Shown: piece after piece, positions 1 through 11,650 of the stretch | Position numbering within the stretch: position 1 is the stretch's first letter | How the letters are laid out: every line of letters starts with the position of its first letter | Source of the DNA: Actinomycetota bacterium | GTDB lineage: Bacteria > Actinomycetota > Thermoleophilia > Gaiellales > Gaiellaceae | DNA: 64,000 nt | Assembly: GCA_947445525.1 (NCBI GenBank) | Contig: CANFDS010000004.1 | Location: forward strand, 191 to 64,190 | Reading direction: 5' to 3' | Notes under the pieces: generated by a model | Told to the model about the DNA's origin: nothing | Seen by the model: the letters and a program-made list of their open reading frames with translations, nothing else | Databases searched by the model: none | Position numbers and translations under genes: made by a program

Positions 1-1478
1 CGACGATGCAGAACTCGGACGAGTGGCTGTACGGGACGATCAACGTCTACTCGCTCCCCACCGACGACGCGAAGCACCAGGGCTCGGCGGTCTGGCGGAT
101 CAAGCTCGACGACATGACGGACGGGGACTGCACGCTCGAGAACGGCTTCCAGTCCCTCCAGACCGACGACTACGGCGACCAGCTCGTCCAGGGCGCCGGC
201 AGCACGATGTACTGGGGCACGCACGCCGACAACGCCAACGGCTCGCTGCGCATCTACTCGGTCAGCGACTCGTCCACCTCGGTCGACGTGACCGACAAGG
301 ACATCACGAACTACCACACCGGCACCACGGCGAGCTGCCCGACCCCCGACGGCAACAACCCGTGCAAGAACCTGGGCGGGCGGATCCTCACCGGCTGGAC
401 GGGCAACGGCAAGGTCGGCTGGTTCTGGAACGTCGCGCAGGGCGACGGCTACTCCTTCCCGCACGTCCAGGGCGCGATCTTCCGGACGTCCGACCTCAAG
501 CTGCAGGAGGAGCCGATCATCTACAGCGACTCCTACGCCTGGGCCTGGCCGGCGATGGGCGTCAACAGCCGCGGCGACGTCGGCGGCACCATCTACCGCA
601 TCGGCGGCGGCGAGTACCCGCGGGCGCGCGCCTTCATCGTCGACGACGTCGACCCCAGCTGGAGCTCGCTGACGATGCACGGCATCGCGTCCTCCACGGA
701 CACGGTCGACGAGGACGTCTACGGCGACTACGGCACCACCGTGCGCTTCGACGGCTGCAGCAACACCTGGCAGGCCGGTGTGTTCACCCACGTCAGCAAC
801 GACTACTTCTCCAGCTCACAGCCGCGCTACGTCTGGTTCGGCCGTGAACGCGACGGCTGCGCCGACCTCATCGTCGAGAAACTCGCCCACATCTTCGACA
901 GCACCAACGGAATCGTCTGGATCGGCGACACGACGCGCAACATCGGGTCGGGCGAGGCGAGCGCGACGAAGACCCGCTACTACCTGAGCACGGACACCGA
1001 GCAGAGCGACGGGGACACCCTGCTCGCGGAGGCCCATGACACGTCGTCGATCGCCGCCAGCGACAGCGACGCGCTGCTCGTGAAGGCGCTCATGCCGGCA
1101 GCCACGAGAGCAGGCACCTACAACCTGATCGCCTGTGCCGACCAGCCCGACACCGTCACCGAGGTGACGAACACGAACAACTGCACCGTCGACGACAGCA
1201 CCCTCACCGTCAAGGCGAAGATCGGCAGGACAACCCCGGTGATCACCACCGTGAAGCCCGGTACGGTCACGCGGATCCGGCCAACCCGCACCATCACCCT
1301 GCCGACGACGACGCGCGAGGCGGTCACCCCGCCGACACGCACCGTGATCCGCCCCGCGACGACGACGATCACCCGGCAGCCCCCCGGCGGTCGCCCCGGC
1401 ACGCTCACCCGGCAGCCCCCGGCGCGGCAGCCGCTCCCGGGCGAACGGCCCGGCGCAGCCAAGCCGACGCAGGGGTAA
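1..1478 (+). CDS. Secreted/cell-surface protein fragment (5' end probably outside the window) with a CARDB-like domain and a Thr/Pro/Arg-rich tail
   Basis: ORF 6..1478 stays open to the window edge and its first Met is not followed by a signal peptide. The segment 'ADLIVEKL...GDTTRNIGSGEASATKTRYYLS...TYNLIACAD' looks like a CARDB adhesion-type beta-sandwich. The C-terminal tail 'TPVITTVKPGTVTRIRPTRTITLPTTT...' is low complexity. Confidence 0.45.
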   Translation, partial: TMQNSDEWLYGTINVYSLPTDDAKHQGSAVWRIKLDDMTDGDCTLENGFQSLQTDDYGDQLVQGAGSTMYWGTHADNANGSLRIYSVSDSSTSVDVTDKDITNYHTGTTASCPTPDGNNPCKNLGGRILTGWTGNGKVGWFWNVAQGDGYSFPHVQGAIFRTSDLKLQEEPIIYSDSYAWAWPAMGVNSRGDVGGTIYRIGGGEYPRARAFIVDDVDPSWSSLTMHGIASSTDTVDEDVYGDYGTTVRFDGCSNTWQAGVFTHVSNDYFSSSQPRYVWFGRERDGCADLIVEKLAHIFDSTNGIVWIGDTTRNIGSGEASATKTRYYLSTDTEQSDGDTLLAEAHDTSSIAASDSDALLVKALMPAATRAGTYNLIACADQPDTVTEVTNTNNCTVDDSTLTVKAKIGRTTPVITTVKPGTVTRIRPTRTITLPTTTREAVTPPTRTVIRPATTTITRQPPGGRPGTLTRQPPARQPLPGERPGAAKPTQG

Positions 1479-1482
1479 GGCA

Positions 1483-1830
1483 GTGGGTGCGCCGCGCCGT
1501 CGGCTCCGGCCCCCGTGGGGTCGATTCCCGGCGCGGCGCACCGCCGCCCTGGTGACGCTGCTGGGGGCCACGGCCGCGGCCGGCAGCGTCGGCCCGGGCG
1601 CCGCAGCCGCCCGGGCCGACGCGCCTTCCTTCACCCCTCGCGCCGCGCCCCGCCCCGCGGCCAGGCCGGCAGCCAGTTCGGCGCCGGCAGCGAAGCCGAA
1701 GCCGGCCAGGCCGGCGGCGAAGCGACCCGAGACGCAGGGCCCTCAACCCGGCCCACGGCAGCCCGTCACCCCGGGCGTCCCACCGGCAGGCCGGCCGTCC
1801 ACAGCCGACTCCGCGCCGCGGAAGTCCTGA
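1483..1830 (+). CDS. Hypothetical small secreted Pro/Ala-rich protein
   Basis: GTG start lies 4 nt after the upstream stop. The N-terminus 'RRTAALVTLLGATAAAGSVGPGAAAARA' is signal-peptide-like and the rest is P/A/K-rich. Coding status is uncertain in such GC-rich DNA. Confidence 0.3.
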   Translation: MGAPRRRLRPPWGRFPARRTAALVTLLGATAAAGSVGPGAAAARADAPSFTPRAAPRPAARPAASSAPAAKPKPARPAAKRPETQGPQPGPRQPVTPGVPPAGRPSTADSAPRKS

Positions 1831-1866
1831 GCCTGCCGCGACTGGCCTCGGCGGCGGCGCCCGGCG

Positions 1867-3828
<1,962 letters not shown>

Positions 3829-3891
3829 AGGGCCTCTGCCTGGGAGGGTAGCAGCGTCGCCGTGCGCCAAGCCGTCAGGCCCGGCAGGCGC

Positions 3892-4485
3892 TCAGGCGTC
3901 ACTACCGTCCGGCTCACCGGCGAGCACGCCGAGATAGGGCAGGTTCCGGTAGCGCTCGGCGTAGTCGAGGCCGTAGCCGATGACGAAGCGATCGGGGATC
4001 TCGAAGCCGACGTAGCGGACGGGCACCTCCATCTGACGGCGGCTCGGCTTCGTCAGCAGCGCACAGATCTCGAGCGAGGCGGGCCGGCGTGCCTCGAGCG
4101 TGCGCGCGAGGTACGACAGTGTCAGCCCGGAGTCGATGATGTCCTCGACGATCAGGACGTCGCGGCCGGCGATGCTCGCGTCGAGGTCCTTGAGGATGCG
4201 GACGACGCCCGAGGTGTCGGTGGCGGCGCCGTAGCTGGAGATGGCCATGAAGTCGAGCTCGAGCGGCAGGTCGATCGCGCGCATCAGGTCGGCCAGGAAG
4301 AAGATGGCGCCCTTGAGGACGCAGACCAGCAGCAGGTCGCGGCCGACGTAGTTGCGTGAGATCTCGGCGCCCAGCTCGCGGATGCGCGCTGCCAGCACGT
4401 CCGCGCCCAGCAGCTCCTCACTCACGCCGTCGTCGACGCGGGCGGCGGGCTGTGAGGCCGCTCCCGGCGCGCTGCCGGCCGTCAT
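3892..4485 (-). CDS. hpt: Hypoxanthine-guanine phosphoribosyltransferase
   Basis: PRPP-binding motif 'VLIVEDIIDSGLTL'. The ATG at 4485 overlaps the tilS TGA (ATGA). The upstream part of the 270-aa ORF is Arg-rich and looks non-coding. Confidence 0.9.
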   Translation of the reverse strand: MTAGSAPGAASQPAARVDDGVSEELLGADVLAARIRELGAEISRNYVGRDLLLVCVLKGAIFFLADLMRAIDLPLELDFMAISSYGAATDTSGVVRILKDLDASIAGRDVLIVEDIIDSGLTLSYLARTLEARRPASLEICALLTKPSRRQMEVPVRYVGFEIPDRFVIGYGLDYAERYRNLPYLGVLAGEPDGSDA

Positions 4486-5510
4486 GCGGGCACCTCCGCG
4501 GCGCGCACGCCGTCGGCTGCGACGAGCCCGGGGACGGCGACGACCTCGTCGCCTCGCACGACCAGCGGCCACGCCTCCCGCTCCGAGCGCGGCACCTTCG
4601 CATCCACGAACACATCCTGCACCTTCTTGCTCCTTCCGGCGAGCCGGTCGCCTGCACGCCAGCCACGCACGTGGAGCCCCGGCAGGTCGGATTCGATCGC
4701 CCACCGGCCCCAGCGCACGAGGCCATCGAGCGGGACGGGGGCCCGCTCGAGCCAGATCCGATCGTACTCTCTCGCGGCGACGAGCCCGGACCCCAGGTCG
4801 ACGCGCGCCGAGCCGACGGGCCGGGCCAGCAGCTCGGCGACGGCGCGCTCGATCGGCGCCGGCAGGGTGGCGGCCCGGCCGGCGAGGGCCAGCAGGTTGG
4901 CCTCGGCGCCGGGGTGGAGCCGGCGCAGCAGCGGCAGGAGATCGGAGCGGATGAGGCCGCGCTTCGTGCCGGGGTTGCTCGAGTCGGCCCGGAACGGCAG
5001 CCCGACGGCGTGGCAGTAGGCCTCCGTCTGCTCGCGCCAGAGCGGCAGCAGCGGCCGCACGACACCGTCCTCGCGGCAGGCCCGGATGCCCTTCGTGACA
5101 CCCGACGAGACGAGCCGGTAGAGGACGGTCTCGACCTGGTCGGAGGCGGTGTGGCCCGTGGCGCGCAGGCCAAAGCGGGCGGTGAGGCCGTAGCGCAGGT
5201 CGCGCAGGGTGGCCTCCGTCGGCTGGACGGGCACGGGAACGTCCACGACCTCGGCGCCGAGCAGGTCGCGGCAGTGGCTCGCGTCGGCTTCCGACTCGGC
5301 GCCGCGCAGGTGGTGGTTGACGTGCACTGCGCCGACGCGGTAGCCGAGGGCGCCGAGGGCGTGCCAGAGGCAGGTCGAGTCGGCGCCGCCGGAGACGAGC
5401 GCGACGACGGGGGCTCCCGGCTCGACCAGGCCGTGCGCCGCGATGTGGGCTGCGATGCGCGCGCGCAGGGCTGCCGGGTCGACGGCCGGGTCGGGGGCGG
5501 GCCGGCTCAT
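4482..5510 (-). CDS. tilS: tRNA(Ile)-lysidine synthetase
   Basis: PP-loop 'LVSGGADS' near the N-terminus. ATG at 5510 ('MSRPAPDP'). The stop overlaps the hpt start. Confidence 0.85.
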   Translation of the reverse strand: MSRPAPDPAVDPAALRARIAAHIAAHGLVEPGAPVVALVSGGADSTCLWHALGALGYRVGAVHVNHHLRGAESEADASHCRDLLGAEVVDVPVPVQPTEATLRDLRYGLTARFGLRATGHTASDQVETVLYRLVSSGVTKGIRACREDGVVRPLLPLWREQTEAYCHAVGLPFRADSSNPGTKRGLIRSDLLPLLRRLHPGAEANLLALAGRAATLPAPIERAVAELLARPVGSARVDLGSGLVAAREYDRIWLERAPVPLDGLVRWGRWAIESDLPGLHVRGWRAGDRLAGRSKKVQDVFVDAKVPRSEREAWPLVVRGDEVVAVPGLVAADGVRAAEVPA

Positions 5511-5628
5511 CGGCGGTACGCGGGGTCGGCCGGGCGCCGCCCGACGAGCCAGGCGGCGAGCTCGCGCGCCGCCCACGGGCCGATCAGGGCAAGCAGGGCG
5601 AGCGGGAGGAGGCGGCGCAGCACGGGGC

Positions 5629-6426
5629 TCAAAAGATGAGGGAGCGGTACGTGCTGGTGCGGCGCATGCCGACCGAGTCGTAGACGCGGATGGCTGGGTC
5701 GTTCTCGGGCCGGACGAACAGGCACACCCGCGGCGTCGTCACCAGCAGCAGCCGGATCAGGTCGCGCAGGGCACGGTGGGCGTTCCCCCGGCCGCGGGCA
5801 GGTGGGTCGCTCCAGACCTGTTGCAGCTGGACGGCGCTGGGCGTCCAGGCCGACGCCTCCGCCTTGAAGAGGATCGTCGAGCCGTCCCGCCAGATCCACG
5901 AGCGGCCCTCCTCGATCTGGGCCCGCGTCCGCCACACGAAGCCCTCGCGGTCACGCGCGAGCGGATCGATGCGCAGCTCCTCGTGGTGGGCCGCGGCACA
6001 GGCCGGGACGAGCACGTCGAGATCCTCGACGGTAGCCGGGCGGAGACCCGTCTCGCCAGCCGGTGGGGGCTCGTCGCTGAGGTAGACCGGCTGCCCCGTA
6101 CGGTCGGTGCGCGGCGGGGGGACGCGACTTCGCACCGCCTCCCAGAGCTCTCCGACCGCTCTCTCCTCACCGATCATCATGCGGGCACGCCCGCGCGCCG
6201 CGGCGTCGGCGAAGGCCGCGCAACCCTCCCCCGACGGCACGACGTTGGCGCCGACGTGGCAGAGCGCCGTGAGGCTGCCCGCGCGCTGCACCGCGGTGAA
6301 TCGCCCGAGGCCGCGCCGGGCGACATCCTCGAGGAAGACGCGCTCGACCGGATCAGCCGCGCAGAACTCGAGGATCTGCTGCAGGCTGGGCTCGACGGTG
6401 CGGCGCGACAGGCGTCCGTGGATCAC
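5629..6426 (-). CDS. GNAT-family N-acetyltransferase (two-domain actinobacterial type)
   Basis: C-terminal 'QLQQVWSDPPARGRGNAHRALRDLI' matches the acetyl-CoA-binding Q/RxxGxG/A motif. The start is uncertain. GTG at 6426 is preferred because codons between 6427 and 6483 lose the GC3 bias. Confidence 0.65.
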   Translation of the reverse strand: MIHGRLSRRTVEPSLQQILEFCAADPVERVFLEDVARRGLGRFTAVQRAGSLTALCHVGANVVPSGEGCAAFADAAARGRARMMIGEERAVGELWEAVRSRVPPPRTDRTGQPVYLSDEPPPAGETGLRPATVEDLDVLVPACAAAHHEELRIDPLARDREGFVWRTRAQIEEGRSWIWRDGSTILFKAEASAWTPSAVQLQQVWSDPPARGRGNAHRALRDLIRLLLVTTPRVCLFVRPENDPAIRVYDSVGMRRTSTYRSLIF

Positions 6427-6481
6427 AACGCAACGATACGGAACGAGAGGCTCCGCTGACGCCTTCCGTAGGATGCGCACC

Positions 6482-7219
6482 ATGCCGATTCATCTCCGAG
6501 CCAACCCTGGGGACTACGCCGAGGCCGTCCTCGTGCCGGGCGATCCCGTCCGCGCCAAGTACATCGCCGACACCTTCTTCGACACCGCGCGCCAGGTGAA
6601 CGGCGAGCGGGGCATGCTGGGCTTCACCGGCAGCTTCCGCGGCGTCCCCGTCTCGGTGCAGGCGACCGGCATGGGCTGCCCGTCGGCGGCCATCGTCGTC
6701 GAGGAGCTCGTCCAGCTGGGCGCGAAGCGCCTCATCCGCGTGGGCACCTGCGGCGGCCTGCAACCCGACATGGCACTCGGCGACCTGATCATCGCGCTCT
6801 CGGCGATCCCCGCCGACGCGACCGCCTCGCACATCGTCGGCGAGCCGCACTGCCCCACTGCCGACTGGGACCTGATTCACGGCGCCGTGCACGCTGCCAA
6901 GGAGCTCGGCAAGCCGGTACGGGTCGGGCCGATCGTCTCGAGCGACGTCTTCTACAACGCCGACAGCGGCCAGTACCAGCGCTGGTCCGACCGCGGCGTG
7001 CTCGCCGTCGAGATGGAGGCCGCCGTCCTCTTCACGATCGCGGCGCTGCGCAAGATCAAGGCCGGGTGCCTGCTCACGGTGAGCGACGTCGTCGTCGAGG
7101 GCGAGTTCATCCGCATCAGCGACGCCGAGATGAAGCTGGCGGTCGACCAGATGACCGAGCTCGCGCTCGAGACCGTCACCCAGACGAGCGGGCACGGGCA
7201 CGGCCACGGCCACCACTAG
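6482..7219 (+). CDS. deoD: Purine nucleoside phosphorylase, DeoD type
   Basis: 'VLVPGDPVRAKYIADTF...GMLGFTG...VSVQATGMGCPS...RVGTCGG' is collinear with E. coli DeoD. ATG at 6482. It has an unusual C-terminal 'SGHGHGHGHH' tail. Confidence 0.85.
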   Translation: MPIHLRANPGDYAEAVLVPGDPVRAKYIADTFFDTARQVNGERGMLGFTGSFRGVPVSVQATGMGCPSAAIVVEELVQLGAKRLIRVGTCGGLQPDMALGDLIIALSAIPADATASHIVGEPHCPTADWDLIHGAVHAAKELGKPVRVGPIVSSDVFYNADSGQYQRWSDRGVLAVEMEAAVLFTIAALRKIKAGCLLTVSDVVVEGEFIRISDAEMKLAVDQMTELALETVTQTSGHGHGHGHH

Positions 7220-7259
7220 CGTCACCGCGGGGCCGTGGGCAGGCCCGGGCCCGAAGACG

Positions 7260-8159
7260 GTGTTTCTCGTCAACCCGGCCTCGGACAACGGGGCAACCGG
7301 CCGGCGCTGGCCCGAGATCGCCCACCGCGCGGCAGCGGTCGGCCTCGTCGGCGACACGCTGTTCTCGCAACGCCCCGGGCACCTCGGCCAGCTCGCTGCC
7401 GAGGCGGCGCAGCGCGGCGCCGGCCGGATCGTGGTCGTGGGCGGCGACGGCACCGTCAACGAGGCGGTCAACGGCCTCGTCGGCCGCGCTGGCGTCGAGC
7501 TGGCCGTGCTGCCCCGCGGCACCGGCACCGACTTCGTCCGCTCGTTCGGCATCCCGAGGGACGTGGAGCAGGCCGCCCGCATCGTGGTCGAGGGGCGAAC
7601 CCGCACGATCGACGCCGGCAAGATCACCTATCGCTCCTGGTCGGGCGGCGATGCGGTCGCCTACTTCGCCAACATCGCGAGCGCCGGCATGAGCGGCGCG
7701 GTCGCCAAGCGTACGAACGAGACGACCAAGGTGCTGGGCGGCAAGGCGTCCTACCTGCTCGCCACGCTCGCGGTGTTCGCCAGCTGGCGCAACACCGAGA
7801 TGCGCATCACGGTGGACGACGCGATCCGCAGCGGCCGGATGTACGACGCGATCGTCGCGAACTGCCGCTACTTCGGCGGCGGCATGAAGATCTGCCCCGG
7901 CGCCGAGCCCGACGACGGCCTCTTCGACGTGCTGCTGATCGGTGACATCACGAAGGCCGACCTGCTCGCGAACATGCCGAGGATCTACCGCGGCACGCAC
8001 CTACCCCACCCGCGCGCCGAGCTCCTACGCGGCGCGACAGTGACGGTGGACGCGCCGGAGCCGCTGCCGGTCGAGATCGACGGGGAGCAGCCGGGAACGA
8101 CCCCGGCGCGGTTCGAGATCGTGCGCGACGCGCTGCGCCTGCGCGTGCCGGCGGCCTGA
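7260..8159 (+). CDS. Diacylglycerol/lipid kinase family protein (YegS/DagK-like)
   Basis: Catalytic-domain motif 'VVVGGDGTVNEAVNGL' and a GTG start. Confidence 0.8.
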   Translation: MFLVNPASDNGATGRRWPEIAHRAAAVGLVGDTLFSQRPGHLGQLAAEAAQRGAGRIVVVGGDGTVNEAVNGLVGRAGVELAVLPRGTGTDFVRSFGIPRDVEQAARIVVEGRTRTIDAGKITYRSWSGGDAVAYFANIASAGMSGAVAKRTNETTKVLGGKASYLLATLAVFASWRNTEMRITVDDAIRSGRMYDAIVANCRYFGGGMKICPGAEPDDGLFDVLLIGDITKADLLANMPRIYRGTHLPHPRAELLRGATVTVDAPEPLPVEIDGEQPGTTPARFEIVRDALRLRVPAA

Positions 8160-8209
8160 CCGGGGCCGGGCAGCAGCGCCTGGCGAGCGCCCGCCGGGCG
8201 CTGCCCTCG

Positions 8210-8518
8210 CTAGCTCGGGTCGCCGGCGCCGAGCCGCGACTCGAGGGAGGCGACCTTCGCTTCGAGCTCGATCACCCGCCGCTCGATCGCCTCGACGCCG
8301 AGCAGCCGCTTCTGGAGGTCGTCCAGGCGGTGCAGCGACGTCTGCGCCTGCTCGAGGGCGCGGGCCGCGCCCGGTATGCCCGCAACCCGGGAGATGACCT
8401 CCTCACCGGCGTCGGCGAGCTTCGAGAAGATGTCCTGGCGCGGCGTGCTGGCGGAGGCATCGCCCGCGGGGGCAGCCTGCTCCTCGGTGACCGGCGCCTC
8501 GGTATTGGTCTCGCTCAT
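8210..8518 (-). CDS. Hypothetical coiled-coil protein
   Basis: 102-aa ORF with an acidic N-terminus and heptad-like 'LDDLQKRLLGVEAIERRVIELEAKVASLESRL'. I recognise no family. Confidence 0.45.
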   Translation of the reverse strand: MSETNTEAPVTEEQAAPAGDASASTPRQDIFSKLADAGEEVISRVAGIPGAARALEQAQTSLHRLDDLQKRLLGVEAIERRVIELEAKVASLESRLGAGDPS

Positions 8519-8599
8519 TGCGTCACTCCTGTTCGGGGGCTGACCGTTCCCTTACGGAATAGCAGGCGCGAGGCCCCGCGCGCCGGAATACTGCGCGCA

Positions 8600-9358
8600 A
8601 TGCCCGCCACGACCGACCCCGCGATCGCCCGCCTCGCCGAGCTGGTGCACACGCGCCGGCCCGTCGTGGCGCTCACCGGCGCGGGCGCGAGCACCGCGAG
8701 CGGCATCCCCGACTTCCGCTCGCCGACCGGCTGGTGGGCCCGGTTCGACCCGCAGGTCTACTCCAGCCTGTAGACCTTCCGCAACGATCCGGAGCGCATG
8801 TGGGAGTTCCACGGGCCGCGCCTGCGAGTCCTCGCCGAGGCCCGGCCCAACCCGGTGCACGAGGCCCTCGCGCAGCTCGAGCAGGCCGGCCTGCTGGCCG
8901 CGGTCGTGACACAGAACATCGACATGCTGTACGCGAAGGCGGGCAGCCGCGAGGTGGTCGAGGTGCACGGCTCGGTGCGCACGTCGTCCTGCCCGGGCTG
9001 CGCCCGCCGCTACCCCGTGGACGAGGTGCTGGCGCTGGTCGACGCGCACGGCGCGCCCCCGTGCCCGGCCTGCGGGCGGATCCTCAAGCCCGACGTCGTG
9101 TTCTTCGGCGAGACGCTGCCGGTGGCAGCGATCGACCGCGCAACGGCGCTCGCCCGCGGCGCCGGACTCCTGCTCGTGATCGGCTCGTCGCTCCAGGTGT
9201 GGCTCATCGCGGAGTTGCCGGCGGTCGCGCAGGCGCACGGCGCGGCAGTCACGATCGTCAACGCCGGCCCCACGAGCTTCGACGCGCAGGCCGATCTCCG
9301 CGTCGGTGGCGACGCGGCGACGGCACGCGCAGCCCTCGCCGCCCTGGTGTGCGCGTAG
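8600..9358 (+). pseudogene. cobB: NAD-dependent protein deacylase (Sir2/CobB family) interrupted by one in-frame TAG at 8771..8773
   Basis: ORFs 8330..8773 and 8798..9358 are in the same frame. The N part has 'ALTGAGASTASGIPDFRS'. The C part has 'TQNID', 'VEVHGS' and zinc Cys4 'CPGC...CPAC'. The reading across the break is SSL-TAG-TFRNDPERMW. Confidence 0.75.
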
Positions 9359-9368
9359 AGTCCGGGCC

Positions 9369-9779
9369 GTGGACGGCTACTCCTTCTTCGACGATGTCCG
9401 GGTGCGCTTCGCCGAGACCGACGCGCAGGGGATCGCGCACCACGCGAACTACGTCGTGTGGTTCGAGGTCGCCCGCGTCGCGTACCTCGCTCGCTTCCGC
9501 GAGGGCTACCGCTCGATCCAGGCCGACGGCGTCGAGGTGCTCGTCACCGACGTCCAGGCCCGCTTCCGCGCCCCCGCCTACTTCGACGACATCTTGCGCG
9601 TCCACACCCGCTGCGTCGGCCTCAAGGGCGCCCGCTTCCGCTTCGAGTACGCCGTCGAGCGCGAGGGCACCCTGATCCTCGACGGCCACACCGGCCACGC
9701 CTCCGTGGCCAGTGCCACGCTCCAGCCGACCCGCACGCCAGGCTGGCTGGTCGAGGCGATCACTAGTGCAGAGCGATGA
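9369..9779 (+). CDS. Acyl-CoA thioesterase (4HBT/YbgC hotdog family)
   Basis: 'VRVRFAETDAQGIAHHANYVVWFEVARVAYL' is the typical hotdog catalytic region. GTG at 9369 lies just after the cobB stop. Confidence 0.75.
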   Translation: MDGYSFFDDVRVRFAETDAQGIAHHANYVVWFEVARVAYLARFREGYRSIQADGVEVLVTDVQARFRAPAYFDDILRVHTRCVGLKGARFRFEYAVEREGTLILDGHTGHASVASATLQPTRTPGWLVEAITSAER

Positions 9780-11610
9780 CCTTGCCGGACTCGTCGGCAG
9801 CGGCCTTGTTGGCCGGCTTCGGCTTCGTACCGACGTGCACGACCTTCGGCTGCCCGCGGTAGCTCGAGTACCAGACGCTGTCGTAGAGCACCTTGCCGGC
9901 CGGGCTGTAAACCACCCGGTGCACGCTCGTCGCCACCGGTGGTGAGAACGGGATGGTGTCGTCGACGACCGTCTTGCCCTTGGGCAGCAGTGGGTCGAGG
10001 ACCTTCTTCACCGGCACGGCGCCGATGGCGCGCAGCGGGGTCGTCGAGCTTTCGACGCGACGCCCGGGCGAGGTCCCAAAGATCGTCATGCGCAGCGACG
10101 AGCGACCGATGAACGCGTGTACCCAGAGCCAGTGGCCGGTGTCGTTGCGGAACTGGAGGTCGGTGCTCGGGTAGTCGACGGTCGCGTCGCGCCCGAGTGG
10201 ATAGTGGCTGATGTAGAGCCCGTGGTTGGTGCGGTCGGTGATCGGCAGGCCGGACTCAAAGGCCGCGTTGAAGAGGGTCGTCGAGACCTGGCAGACGCCG
10301 CCGCCGATTCCGTTCTGGAGCTCGCCGTTGATGATGACCGGCGCCTCGAGGAAGCCCTTGGCGGCCGAGCGCTCGCCGGTGGTGCGATTGAACGAGTAGG
10401 TGGCGCCCGGGGCGATGTAGTGGTCGTCCACGAGTTCGGCGACGAGTCGGACGTTGTGCAGCCGGTTGGCTACCCCGCCGTAGGTGGTCTCGTAGCTGCC
10501 GACGACCTCCTTGATGCCCATCGCCTGCACCTGCGCGGTCGTCCGGGCGGGGGCGGCGGCGGTGACGACGAGCTTGCCGAGGCGCTCGCCCGGAGCGGCA
10601 GCTGCTTCGAGGATCGACTCCGCGGTGGCGGCACGGTCGAGCGTGCGGCCGTTCAGCGCGGGCACGACCGCGGGCAGGCCATCGGCGCCGAGCGAGATCC
10701 TGGCGTCGGTGGCAGGACGGTCGACGAGCTTCGACAGCCGACCGAGCACCCGCTCGGCCGCCGGACCGCCGATCCGCAGCTTCCGCGAGCCGGGCTCGGG
10801 CACCTCGATCATCGAGGCGAGCTGGCGCGGCGTGACCGCTGCGTACGCGGCCGCGTAGCGGAGCCTGACGGGCGCCGACAGCATCGTGCGCAGGCTCTCG
10901 ACGACCGGCGCGAGCGAGGCGACCGTCACGCGGACTCCCTCTCGGCGCAACGGCAGCTCGACGGTGCGCCCACGCTGGAACGACGCGAGCGTCGAGACGA
11001 TCGTGGTGGCGGCGGCCCGGGTGTCGAGCACGCGCCCGGGTTTGCCGAGGACGATCGACGGCTCGAGCCCCTTCAGCACGATCGCCGACGGGACGTGCGG
11101 TCGGTCGACCTTCGCCGCCATCGCCTTCAACGCCGACGCGACGGTGACCTCGTACGAGCCGATCGACGGCGACACCTCGCTCCCGGAGAGCCGCAGCACC
11201 AGCCGGCGGAATCCGCGCACCGGCCCGAAGCCGTCGCCCTCGCGGCGGGCCTCGTCGACCGCCACCTGCCAGTCGACGGTGACGCCGAGCTGGCGCGCCG
11301 TGAAGTCGAAGCGTTGCCCGCCCGCGACGAACGTCACCGGCCGATCGGCGAGCCGGCGGGACTGCTGCTGCAGTGCGCCCACCGCGTCCCCCGCCGACAT
11401 CCCGCCGATCGCGACACCGGCGACACGCACACCACCCGCGATGCTCCCTGCCGACCCGGCATACGCGAAGCCGACGGCCACGACTGCCGCGAGCAGCCCG
11501 ACGAGTGCCGCGAACACGACACGACGCGCCTTCCGCAACCTCGCCTGACGCCCGCGCCGGTCGTTGCGACGAGTGTGGGTTTCGGCGTCGACGTGCAAAG
11601 AATCACGCAT
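9763..11610 (-). CDS. VanW-domain protein (YoaR-like) with N-terminal TM anchor and C-terminal G5-like region
   Basis: VanW core 'YSFNRTTGERSAAKGFLEAPVIINGELQNGIGGGVCQVSTTLFNAAFESGLPI...HYPLGRDATV'. TM helix 'VVFAALVGLLAAVVAVGFAYA'. Confidence 0.8.
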   Translation of the reverse strand: MRDSLHVDAETHTRRNDRRGRQARLRKARRVVFAALVGLLAAVVAVGFAYAGSAGSIAGGVRVAGVAIGGMSAGDAVGALQQQSRRLADRPVTFVAGGQRFDFTARQLGVTVDWQVAVDEARREGDGFGPVRGFRRLVLRLSGSEVSPSIGSYEVTVASALKAMAAKVDRPHVPSAIVLKGLEPSIVLGKPGRVLDTRAAATTIVSTLASFQRGRTVELPLRREGVRVTVASLAPVVESLRTMLSAPVRLRYAAAYAAVTPRQLASMIEVPEPGSRKLRIGGPAAERVLGRLSKLVDRPATDARISLGADGLPAVVPALNGRTLDRAATAESILEAAAAPGERLGKLVVTAAAPARTTAQVQAMGIKEVVGSYETTYGGVANRLHNVRLVAELVDDHYIAPGATYSFNRTTGERSAAKGFLEAPVIINGELQNGIGGGVCQVSTTLFNAAFESGLPITDRTNHGLYISHYPLGRDATVDYPSTDLQFRNDTGHWLWVHAFIGRSSLRMTIFGTSPGRRVESSTTPLRAIGAVPVKKVLDPLLPKGKTVVDDTIPFSPPVATSVHRVVYSPAGKVLYDSVWYSSYRGQPKVVHVGTKPKPANKAAADESGKVIALH

Positions 11611-11612
11611 TT

Positions 11613-11643
11613 TTGCCTAACAAGCATACACGGCCCGTAGACT
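11613..11643 (+). promoter_or_regulatory. Candidate promoter for a leaderless maoC-like mRNA
   Basis: TTGCCT (11613-11618), a 19-nt spacer, then TAGACT (11638-11643). The GTG start at 11651 follows 7 nt later with no SD. The stretch is AT-rich within GC-rich DNA. Confidence 0.3.
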
Positions 11644-11650
11644 CAGGGCC

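Noticed and set aside
6481-6484. Divergent GNAT and deoD genes appearing to share overlapping start codons in a CATG palindrome.
   Set aside because: The first 19 codons of the GNAT ORF lose the GC3 bias and align poorly with the expected N-terminus. The real start is more likely GTG at 6426, so the overlap is probably an ORF-calling artefact.
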